Below, piece after piece: positions 27,777 through 36,226 of a stretch of DNA of 52,461 nucleotides. Numbering within the stretch: the stretch's first letter is position 1; each line of letters starts with the position of its first letter. The notes below the pieces were generated by a model that was not told the DNA's origin, did not search any database, and saw nothing but the letters and a program-made list of their open reading frames with translations. Where the stretch lies: IMG/VR virus record IMGVR_UViG_3300008261_000093, positions 1-52,461 of that record; one strand, given 5' to 3'. Both the position numbers and the translations under genes were made by a program. This DNA is from a virus. Taxonomy: Duplodnaviria > Caudoviricetes.

Positions 27777-28010
27777 CTAGCGGTATTTAGCAGTCTTAGC
27801 TGCGATCTTTTTAGGTTGGGCTACAAACTGCTTGCCCTTAGCTTTACCTTCTCTTTTTGCTTTTGTAGTTGCAGCATATTCTGCTGGACTTAAAGCATTA
27901 ATTGCTTTCTCAGGCAAATATCTTTCGCCTGTCTTACTTGATGGCTTACCTGATTTGGTTCGCCACTTCTGCTCTGTCCAATCTTTTAGGGACTTCTGAG
28001 GAGCTTTCAA
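27777..28010 (-). CDS. Small basic protein (DUF5872-like C-terminal half)
   Basis: QKSLKDWTEQKWRTK, ERYLPEKA, GKQFV. Confidence 0.75.
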   Translation of the reverse strand: MKAPQKSLKDWTEQKWRTKSGKPSSKTGERYLPEKAINALSPAEYAATTKAKREGKAKGKQFVAQPKKIAAKTAKYR

Positions 28011-28195
28011 TCTCTATACCCCCCACCAGCAGCTTTATATTTCTTAGCCACTAACTGTGCCTTACGTGCCGACCATTTACCAGCGCCAGTACCTTGCACT
28101 GCAGCAGACTTTACTTGAGAAACAATTCGTTTACGAAGTTCAGGCTTGGTATAGTTACCTGCTGCATTAACCTTTGACTTTGGTTTGGTAGCCAT
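28007..28195 (-). CDS. Small basic protein (DUF5872-like N-terminal half)
   Basis: YTKPELRKRI, WSARKAQL, AGGGY. Confidence 0.75.
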   Translation of the reverse strand: MATKPKSKVNAAGNYTKPELRKRIVSQVKSAAVQGTGAGKWSARKAQLVAKKYKAAGGGYRD

Positions 28196-28465
28196 TTAGC
28201 AATCCCATTTCTTCAGCGATAGAGCTTTACGAGTTGGGCGACCCTTTTCATCTTTCATTGGACCCGGCATTCCAGACATACGGGCGCAAAATGACTTGCG
28301 TCTTGCCGCAGACTTAGGGGATTTAGCAGCTTCCTTAGCCGACACAGGTGGTTTAAGTCCTGGTTTGCCTGGATTTGCTGCGTTGTAAGAAGCCCTGCCT
28401 TTAGCATTTAAGCCGCCTTCAGGGTTCTTGCCTTCTTTACGAGTCCATGCTGGTGTCTTTGCCAT
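28196..28465 (-). CDS. Small basic protein (DUF6321-like)
   Basis: GGLNAKGRA, RRKSFCARM, LKKWDC. Confidence 0.75.
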   Translation of the reverse strand: MAKTPAWTRKEGKNPEGGLNAKGRASYNAANPGKPGLKPPVSAKEAAKSPKSAARRKSFCARMSGMPGPMKDEKGRPTRKALSLKKWDC

Positions 28466-28467
28466 GA

Positions 28468-28755
28468 TTATTTACCATAGAAAACAGTTACTTTTGCAGA
28501 CGTTGGGAGTGTTACATGCAGATTAGTTTCAAATAAAAGCCCCGCTGCAGGGATAAGTATAGGCACAGAATTGTTTGTATTTGCTGGAATATTAAACTGT
28601 ACAAGAACAGTACCACCTGCACCGCCGTCACGGAAAATAATATCCCCAGCAGTACCGCCAGATAAAAAGGTTACGCCCTTTAAATAGAATGCGCCGGTAA
28701 CTAAAGTTCCGGTTGTCTCAGTATGAATTGCTTTTAAGCCTTGTGGATCGCTCAT
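28468..28755 (-). CDS. Small beta-rich putative virion protein
   Basis: 95 aa ending VTVFYG. Confidence 0.7.
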   Translation of the reverse strand: MSDPQGLKAIHTETTGTLVTGAFYLKGVTFLSGGTAGDIIFRDGGAGGTVLVQFNIPANTNNSVPILIPAAGLLFETNLHVTLPTSAKVTVFYGK

Positions 28756-29117
28756 TTACTTTTCCTTTTGATAGTACGTTTTTTGGCCGCAACTGCGGTA
28801 CGAGTGCTTACTGTAATCTTTTTTGGCTTAGCCATCAAGTACTTGAGTAAGTCCGGATTATCTCCTAGAAGTGCATAAAGCGCAGTCCCCATACCGCAGA
28901 CTTGCTTCTCGGACATATTTAGTTGCATGCAATAGTCAATAGCATGAATGGCTTCGTGCAATAAGGTATCTCTTTCTAAGTCATGAGCCATACCTTGGGA
29001 GATCTTAATCTCTTGTTTGTTATCGTCACATTGCCCACAATCGTCGACCATGGGAGTTTCAGTTTGAATTACTGCATAGTTCTTTCCGACGATTCGTAAT
29101 ACTTTTGGCAAGTTCAT
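28752..29117 (-). CDS. HEXXH-motif small protein (possible metallopeptidase fold)
   Basis: DTLLHEAIHAI. Confidence 0.7.
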   Translation of the reverse strand: MNLPKVLRIVGKNYAVIQTETPMVDDCGQCDDNKQEIKISQGMAHDLERDTLLHEAIHAIDYCMQLNMSEKQVCGMGTALYALLGDNPDLLKYLMAKPKKITVSTRTAVAAKKRTIKRKSK

Positions 29118-32100
29118 TTATAGCTCCGATGTTTGGCGAACAAAGCCACGATTAGCCTTGTTAGTTTGTACCCCGCCAACTACACTTCTTTCACGTTTAG
29201 CTTGTTCTTGTGGAGCTTTCAGTAGTATTGACAACGATTGTCTTTTAAATCCATTACGAACTCTTGACTGTTGTAGTTCTTCCCAATCATTTCGTGCATC
29301 TGATAGACCCACTCCACTTCTATACGCACGTGCATACGCACGTTTGATTTCGCTGGCCTTATCATTATAAAACTTCTCGTACTCAAACTTGGCATTTTGT
29401 AAAAATTGTTTATCGGTCAACTGCTTAGTAGGTAGCCCAATTCCGGCCATAAATGCTTCGGCAAAGCTAATATCCTCTGCTGGGATAAGTACATCGTCTC
29501 TACGTGATGTAACCCCTTCAGTGGCAAATCTATAGCCCTTCATGGCATTGGCTACACCGGTAGGCATAAGCTGCTCTAAGCCCTTGTAGTAGTCCCCCTG
29601 ACCCATTAATGATATGCCGTCAGCGGCTTTAAGGGTTAAACCACCGAATGGGCCGGTCATTAGGGCAAAGCCTGCTTCGGCAACACCCCTACGGCTAAAG
29701 TCTATATCTGTATATGGCAGGATTGAGAGCATCTGACCCATACCGAGCTTGCCCGAAAGGTCTACACCCAAAGCTGCAGGCACACCCTTAACTATTAAGT
29801 CTGCAAGGGTATCATCGCCAATAGCCCGACGCATAGCCAACTCTGGGTTATCAGGCTCATCCTCATCTCCAAAGACCAGACCATACAGGAATGATAGAGC
29901 CGCAAACCCTGGTAATCCCATTACCCCGCCCATAGCTGCGGTATGTCCAATTGTAAACATCAGGGCGCGGCGACCAATTCTGCGGGTATCTGCATCTTGA
30001 CCTGCAAATGCGTCGTTAAATAAGCGAGCCATCAGGCTTAGCTGGATAAGCTGGAACTTACGGAACTGGGTAGCTAAACGACCTAAACCTTTACGACTAA
30101 TACGTGGAGCATTAAATCCACTGTAGTCACCATGGGTTCTGTAGATTATGCTGTCAGCGTAGTTAATAGCATTGGCTTTATTGTTAGTTCTAGCCTCAAG
30201 ACGGTACGCAGCCACTGCAGTTGCTACACGGTTAATGGATTCAATGTCTTGGGCAATCCCACGGAGATATTCAGTAGCACGACCAAACTTATCTAACTTA
30301 GAGTCTTCAGTAGATCTCCAGCGTCCTAAGTCCTGCTCCAGGCTAATGTCAATTCTTCCCCGGTTAACCAGTTCTTCGACAACATCCTTAACATCCTGTG
30401 GCAGCTTGTTATAACTGTCTTCGCCAAGACCATGCCTACGAATAACGCTGGCAATATCAGTATACGCACGAGTAAACTCTTTCCATGACTTATCGTAGCC
30501 ATGCTTAGCACCGACTACTGGCAAGGACATCATGAATGGCTGAGTCATGTTCTGTAAATAGTAGGATGGGTTAGTTAGTAACATCCATACAGAAGTCGTA
30601 TTTAAAGCCTTATCAATAAATGGCGATGGCTCGTAGTCTAGCCCCATTACATGACGCTTCATAAACTCGTTGTAGTACCGGCTACGTTCTGCTCGAGTAC
30701 CTTCTGTGCCTTTTCTGGCTTCCTCTTTCATATCCCGTAAAGAGTCATAGATCTCTTCAGAATTCTCTAAAGACGAGATAAAGTGGGCTGTAGCACGGCC
30801 TTGCGTAGCAAATGCACGCATCATATCTTTTTCAGCACCGGCAATCTTACGGCGACGCTTCTCAGACTGGCGAGCAGACTGCTCAGACAACAGGCTTAAA
30901 TGAAGATCGGATAGTAAGCGATTAATCGTTCGTTCAGACTTGTCAGTAGTGTTGCTGTCTTGGGTGTCGGCTATTTGGTCAGGGGCAGACTTGGGGTTAT
31001 CCCTAATGCTTTCCTGATCTAGGTATGCCTGTGAACGACCAACAACTACATAATTACCAAAACGCTTAAGTGGAGCGTAAGGACCTTTATTTCCCATACG
31101 CATCAAAGTTCTGTATTCAGCTAACGAATTGGCTTTTTTCTTAGTAAGTTCGGCTACTTCAGTAACATCACCGGCTTTTTGCGCTGCAGCAATTAATGCA
31201 TCGTATTCGGTATTGATGTTGTTAATAACCGCATCTTGCATTGCCTTTAGCGTCTGGCGCCCATGATCAAAGACTTCTTTAATAAGGTTTTGGGCTACTA
31301 CAGGGAATGCTTCAAAACGAGTTTTTAACTCTGGGTCAATCTTCGAACCCTTAATGTTAGCGTCATAACCCCACTCACCTTTCATGGTTGAGTCTTTAAT
31401 AAATGCGTTTACGCTATTCTCGCCAACACCCCTTACCTCATTTGGTAAGGCATCATACTGTTGCAAAATCTTATCGATACGACGCTCAAGAGAAGTCCTA
31501 ATTGCTTGCTGGGCTTTTACCAACTGAACATAGCGTTTTGCCGATGGCAGATATTTAGATGCTAAGTCAGCCAAATCTTCGGTAAATGCAGCAAATGGTA
31601 AGCCCTTCTTAGCAAAGTCAATGATGTTATCGGTAATTGCTTGTAATGGACCACGGATTGGCTTGGGTAGTTTTGCTACCTGCTGGGCTGCTGTTTGACG
31701 TGCGGCATTTAAACCTGCTTTGGAGAACTGTACTTTTTCTGTGTCAGCACCAACTAAAGACAAAGCACGGAAGATGTCTTCGTCGCTAAACATGACGATG
31801 TTTTTGGTAATTCTTTCTTCCGATGTATTTTTACGAGATGTGGCATCTTTAAATTGATTACCTTTAATACCTTGTTCATACAAAAACTGAGACACTACCC
31901 GTTGAGCTTGTTGTCCAGAAGCTAATACTTCTTTGTCTTTTACAGCTTTAACTAACCATCGTGGATCACCTAAAGCAAGAGCTTTTATACCAAAATAAAG
32001 GTCATGTCCTGTGGCTTCTTCTAAAAGTACTCCAGCATTACCTAAAGCTGCCTCAATAACCATAGCTTGGTCGTCAGGAAGATTTTTTAAAATGTTGTAG

Positions 32101-35100
32101 ATATATGGCTGATCTTTAACCTTCTTATCAAGATCAAGAAGCTCTTCTGGACGAGCATTAATATCCACCCGCATTAAATTACCAGGTACGCCTTCAGTAG
32201 CTGTAGAAAAATCAATTGGATTTAGCTTGTTTAGCGCATCAATAAAGCGCTGATTTGTACCACTTCTGGTACCAATATCATTATTGTCGATACGTTTTTG
32301 CCAGCTTTCAATTTCAGCTTTAATAGCTTGCAAAACAGTTGGATTTTTTACAGATAATCCCATCATGGCAGATACAGGACTTTTCATGCGTCGTATAACA
32401 TCAAGAGCTACGTTTGTCTCAATATCATCACCAGTTTTACTAAAAGTAGCCATAACTGATCTACGCAGGTCTCTAACAGACCGGCCTTTGTAGCGATAGC
32501 CTACATCTTTAGTTTTGTTTTTAACATCAGTTTTCCAGTACTGATATGCAATTCCTGCTTTTTGAGCAAGATATGTACCCCAACCAAAAGCTTGAGCACC
32601 TTCTCCAGTACCCATAAATCTTTGGTCAAATCTACGGAATGAGGCTGCAGTACCATGCCATGTGCCACCTATTTCTAGTCGTGCGGCACCATAAGCAATA
32701 TTAATAATGTCCTGAGCGTCAATTTTGTCAGGATCAAACGTATTCAAACGACGAATTGCAGTTTTAAATGCAGCCCACAAAGTACGGAACCAACGGCCTA
32801 ATTGGGTATCAGGTTTAGTAGCGGTTGGGTCTATGTCGTGTAATACAGCTTCTTCTATAAAGTAAGCAATTAATTCTGTATTAGCTTGTTCATTTTCAAC
32901 ACCTGTAGAACGCTCTAACGCTTTTTTAGCAATTACTGACTCAATAGAACCGTCATCTTTTTTAGCCCACTCAAGAACAGTATCTACTAAGTAGTCAAAC
33001 TGCTTCTCTGTAAGCATCTTTTGGATGCCTAAATGTGAGCCTACTTCGTGCATAAACACAGCACGTGCTGTGCCTGGCTTAATATTATCTGCAATCAAAT
33101 ATGCTTTATTTTTCCAAACAAACGCTTGGTCACCGGCTTTAGGATTGGCTGCAATTTTAGCGTCAAGAGGCAAGTCTTTTACCGACTGGAAGACTTCTAC
33201 ACGACGAAGATTTTCACCACCAATAAAGTCTTTTAACTCTTGGCGTATTTCTTCAGCGTTGGAACTTTCGCCACGTTCAACAGCTTTAGAAAACTCTGGT
33301 TTATTGCGCTCAAAGACAATATTCATGTCGGCAAGTTTTGTATTACCAGTTTCTACTGAGGCTTGCCAATCATCTTGTACTTCTGGAGATAGCTCGTCGT
33401 AAGTAGGTAGCCCATACTGCTCAGCTTTAGTGTCCCACTCTTCTCGTGCTGTTTCTTCTAGCGTCCTCGCGCTGACTTCTTCATCGGCTTGTTCATCTTC
33501 TGTGGCAGCTTCGACCCTTTCGGTGTCTTTGCTTGGAACTCTCTTGCCAGTTTCGGCTTGTTTGCGTACAGGAACCCCTTTTGTGCTTCGCTTTTGAACG
33601 GCATTTTTCTCTTCTCCTTTACCAATACGAATCTCTTCGCGGCGGTTAATTTCTTTAACAATGGCTTGAATTTCTGCGTCTGTAATACGCTCATCAATAG
33701 CTAAGTTGTTGAGTTCAAAGTCTTTTAAAGCCTGTAAACCCTGCTTCTTAAACTTCTGATAAGTTCTGTTTGCAGCCGATGCATCCTCAAGTTCAGTAGC
33801 TCCGCTTTCTTGTGGGTTAAATACTCTAAATCCAGAAGCACCACCACCTTCTTTTTCGGTAGTTTCTTCACGACCTAAAGTCTGCTCACCCTCAGCTTCC
33901 ATAGCAGCATCTTCAGCCATGGATGGACCAGCCTCATCTGATACAGCAGCCTCACGAGCAGCCGCAGCTTCAAAGTCTAAGTCTTGCTCAGTAAGTGTTT
34001 CGGCTTCAGTAGCAGCTTCAGTTTCAGCCGTAGCTACAACCATTAGGTTATAAATTTGATCTTTTGTATAACCTAGGCGTTTAGCCGCTTCAAAAATACG
34101 AGCACCCCAAGTCTCTTGAGCTTTTGGCCCAGCAATTTGAGCAATACGAGCATCAGATACACCATACTCATCCGCAATCTGTACAGAGGTCTTTTCCCCT
34201 GTAAGGTATTCCATAACAATACCGCCATCACGAGTACCGAACGCTGAATTAACAATCGTTCTAATTCTCTCAATTGCCTCTAGGCGGTCGTCAGGAATTA
34301 CTTGCGTTTCTTGCTCTTGCCCAACACTGGGAATGGCATTATCGCCCCCACTGGTACTGGGCTCAACCCGTGGTCGTACACTTCCTGGTCCGACATCTTG
34401 GACTGTACTCGGGAGTATAAGGTTGCTTCCTGTCCCGACGGGTCGAATTTGGTCGGGTCGTACAGGCCCAACGAGTCCACCGCTTGTTTCTGCTGCTCTT
34501 CCTTGCTCTGGTACTGCTCCCACCCCGGTAGGCACTCGCAATTGCTGCTTTTCATTTTTTGCTCCTTTAGTTGTGTTTGTTTCGGATGCTAATTGCTGAA
34601 GGGCTACAAAAGCTGGTGCATCCTTACCAGTTAAAGCCTTATAAAAATTGTTGAGCTCATCGGCTTCTTTCAAAGCTTTTGGGCCTTCCAAAGTACTAAT
34701 TAAAACCTCTGCACGCTCGGCAGCTTCTGCTTTATCTGCCGAAGTATCGATACCCCACTCAGATAAGAATTTAACTGCAGCAGCATTAACAGCCTTGGCA
34801 GTAGACTTAAGAGGTACTTTTACAGCACCAGAAGATAGAGTTGCGCCAATAAGCGACTTTTGCTCTGGGGTCTTATCTTTATTAAGTGCGTCGAGCTCTG
34901 CCAAAAACTTAGTTGCATCAGCCTGACTAAATAGTGTTTTCCCTGCAATGTTATAACGACCAGCTACTTGAGTTGGCTGTACACCATAGGTAGAGGAAAT
35001 CTCGTCAAATGCAGCTTGAGTTTCTTGTTGTTTTTGAGCAGCTTGTTGTTGTGCTACTTGGGCTGCTTGCGCTTGCTGCGCTGCAGCAACTTGTGCTGAA

Positions 35101-36212
35101 GATGGTACGGGTGGGCCGGCTTGCTCAGGTGGTTGTGGGCCAACTAATGCTTCTCTTGGGGGTGGGCCGACCAGAATTTCTGAGCTATTAGCGTCAATAG
35201 CTTTATTAATAGCATTTTCGTCAGGGGTTTTACCCTCACCAGTACTGATGTTAGTAGAGCCAGGCAATAGACTATTAGGTGCAGTAACTCTATTTAAAGT
35301 ACCGACAACGGCGCCAGTACCACCGCCCAATAAACCACCTAAAGTAGCTGAGCCAATAACACCACTTAAAGGCTGAATAGTAGGAGCAAACTCACCTGCG
35401 GCAAGGTTAGCAGATAACTTAGTAACACCTTCTTCAACAAATTCTGAGCCTGCTTCAGCTGCAGTTGTTTTTAATATGCTTTTTGTACCAGCGGCAAATG
35501 CTTTATCAGCACCAACTAAACCTGACGCTGCACCAATAATAAATGGTAGTGGGGCTGCACCTCTAGCTGCACGGGTGGCAATCTGCTCACGCTCTTCAAT
35601 CGGTAAGTCTTGTAGTTCAGGAGCATTCATTACCATTTGGTAAGCATCGCCAGACGCATCACCACCTGCAAGAACACCACCGGCAGTACTACCGCCAGCT
35701 AAACCAGCTCGGGCAACACCTCTCTCGGTTAGACCAAGGGCGCCACCTATCATTCTTCCACCTTTAATTGCGGCACCTGGGCCAACAAAACTACCAATTG
35801 CTTGGGATGCGGCTAATAAAGGATTTTCTTTTACATATTTAAATGCACCTGCGGCTTGTTCACCTAAGTCTTCGGACTGCATTGAACGACCAAGTTGATA
35901 CTTAGCTTCGGCTGCAGTAAGTGATTGTTTCTTTTCACCTTCTTCAATAAAGCGACCGATAGCAGCAGAAGTTTCTGTGCCTGGTTTTACTAGATCAATA
36001 GCTGCTTTGGGTAAAGATGCTACAGCATTTCCAAACTCAATAACATAATCGTTAGCTGCGCCTAATACACCTCGTTTTTCGGATATACCTAAATAGCCTG
36101 CTACTTCCATGGGGGAAAGACCAGTTAGCTCGACCCCTTTATCTAAGATCTGTCGATCAGTTAGGTCTTTAGCCCATGGTGCTGCTTGGCGAATATCGTC
36201 AAACAAAGACAT
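29118..36212 (-). CDS. Large polyvalent internal virion / ejection protein (HTH, HEVGSH metallopeptidase-like, ADP-ribosyltransferase-like, PLxRFG domains)
   Basis: 2364 aa, last of the ejection cluster; TSVQIADEYGVSDARIAQI, FMHEVGSHLG, WHGT..FD..GEGAQAFGWGTYL, YAPLKRFG. Confidence 0.85.
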   Translation of the reverse strand: MSLFDDIRQAAPWAKDLTDRQILDKGVELTGLSPMEVAGYLGISEKRGVLGAANDYVIEFGNAVASLPKAAIDLVKPGTETSAAIGRFIEEGEKKQSLTAAEAKYQLGRSMQSEDLGEQAAGAFKYVKENPLLAASQAIGSFVGPGAAIKGGRMIGGALGLTERGVARAGLAGGSTAGGVLAGGDASGDAYQMVMNAPELQDLPIEEREQIATRAARGAAPLPFIIGAASGLVGADKAFAAGTKSILKTTAAEAGSEFVEEGVTKLSANLAAGEFAPTIQPLSGVIGSATLGGLLGGGTGAVVGTLNRVTAPNSLLPGSTNISTGEGKTPDENAINKAIDANSSEILVGPPPREALVGPQPPEQAGPPVPSSAQVAAAQQAQAAQVAQQQAAQKQQETQAAFDEISSTYGVQPTQVAGRYNIAGKTLFSQADATKFLAELDALNKDKTPEQKSLIGATLSSGAVKVPLKSTAKAVNAAAVKFLSEWGIDTSADKAEAAERAEVLISTLEGPKALKEADELNNFYKALTGKDAPAFVALQQLASETNTTKGAKNEKQQLRVPTGVGAVPEQGRAAETSGGLVGPVRPDQIRPVGTGSNLILPSTVQDVGPGSVRPRVEPSTSGGDNAIPSVGQEQETQVIPDDRLEAIERIRTIVNSAFGTRDGGIVMEYLTGEKTSVQIADEYGVSDARIAQIAGPKAQETWGARIFEAAKRLGYTKDQIYNLMVVATAETEAATEAETLTEQDLDFEAAAAREAAVSDEAGPSMAEDAAMEAEGEQTLGREETTEKEGGGASGFRVFNPQESGATELEDASAANRTYQKFKKQGLQALKDFELNNLAIDERITDAEIQAIVKEINRREEIRIGKGEEKNAVQKRSTKGVPVRKQAETGKRVPSKDTERVEAATEDEQADEEVSARTLEETAREEWDTKAEQYGLPTYDELSPEVQDDWQASVETGNTKLADMNIVFERNKPEFSKAVERGESSNAEEIRQELKDFIGGENLRRVEVFQSVKDLPLDAKIAANPKAGDQAFVWKNKAYLIADNIKPGTARAVFMHEVGSHLGIQKMLTEKQFDYLVDTVLEWAKKDDGSIESVIAKKALERSTGVENEQANTELIAYFIEEAVLHDIDPTATKPDTQLGRWFRTLWAAFKTAIRRLNTFDPDKIDAQDIINIAYGAARLEIGGTWHGTAASFRRFDQRFMGTGEGAQAFGWGTYLAQKAGIAYQYWKTDVKNKTKDVGYRYKGRSVRDLRRSVMATFSKTGDDIETNVALDVIRRMKSPVSAMMGLSVKNPTVLQAIKAEIESWQKRIDNNDIGTRSGTNQRFIDALNKLNPIDFSTATEGVPGNLMRVDINARPEELLDLDKKVKDQPYIYNILKNLPDDQAMVIEAALGNAGVLLEEATGHDLYFGIKALALGDPRWLVKAVKDKEVLASGQQAQRVVSQFLYEQGIKGNQFKDATSRKNTSEERITKNIVMFSDEDIFRALSLVGADTEKVQFSKAGLNAARQTAAQQVAKLPKPIRGPLQAITDNIIDFAKKGLPFAAFTEDLADLASKYLPSAKRYVQLVKAQQAIRTSLERRIDKILQQYDALPNEVRGVGENSVNAFIKDSTMKGEWGYDANIKGSKIDPELKTRFEAFPVVAQNLIKEVFDHGRQTLKAMQDAVINNINTEYDALIAAAQKAGDVTEVAELTKKKANSLAEYRTLMRMGNKGPYAPLKRFGNYVVVGRSQAYLDQESIRDNPKSAPDQIADTQDSNTTDKSERTINRLLSDLHLSLLSEQSARQSEKRRRKIAGAEKDMMRAFATQGRATAHFISSLENSEEIYDSLRDMKEEARKGTEGTRAERSRYYNEFMKRHVMGLDYEPSPFIDKALNTTSVWMLLTNPSYYLQNMTQPFMMSLPVVGAKHGYDKSWKEFTRAYTDIASVIRRHGLGEDSYNKLPQDVKDVVEELVNRGRIDISLEQDLGRWRSTEDSKLDKFGRATEYLRGIAQDIESINRVATAVAAYRLEARTNNKANAINYADSIIYRTHGDYSGFNAPRISRKGLGRLATQFRKFQLIQLSLMARLFNDAFAGQDADTRRIGRRALMFTIGHTAAMGGVMGLPGFAALSFLYGLVFGDEDEPDNPELAMRRAIGDDTLADLIVKGVPAALGVDLSGKLGMGQMLSILPYTDIDFSRRGVAEAGFALMTGPFGGLTLKAADGISLMGQGDYYKGLEQLMPTGVANAMKGYRFATEGVTSRRDDVLIPAEDISFAEAFMAGIGLPTKQLTDKQFLQNAKFEYEKFYNDKASEIKRAYARAYRSGVGLSDARNDWEELQQSRVRNGFKRQSLSILLKAPQEQAKRERSVVGGVQTNKANRGFVRQTSEL
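33458..33604 (-). CDS. Nested 48-aa basic protein (MPFKSEAQ... type) in the +1 frame of the large gene
   Basis: AAGGAG at 33619-33614, 9 nt before ATG; MPFKSEAQKGFLYANKPKLAREFQAKTPKGSKLP... Confidence 0.7.
   Translation of the reverse strand: MPFKSEAQKGFLYANKPKLAREFQAKTPKGSKLPQKMNKPMKKSARGR
34298..34555 (-). CDS. Nested 85-aa protein in the +1 frame of the large gene
   Basis: AAGGAG at 34567-34562, 6 nt before ATG; composition unlike a shadow ORF. Confidence 0.55.
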   Translation of the reverse strand: MKSSNCECLPGWEQYQSKEEQQKQAVDSLGLYDPTKFDPSGQEATLYSRVQSKMSDQEVYDHGLSPVPVGAIMPFPVLGKSKKRK

Positions 36213-36226
36213 ATTGTATTAATCCT

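Noticed and set aside
34073-34273. Third nested +1-frame ORF in the giant gene (also 30326-30511)
   Set aside because: No clear SD and Leu/Met/Lys-rich composition typical of shadow frames.
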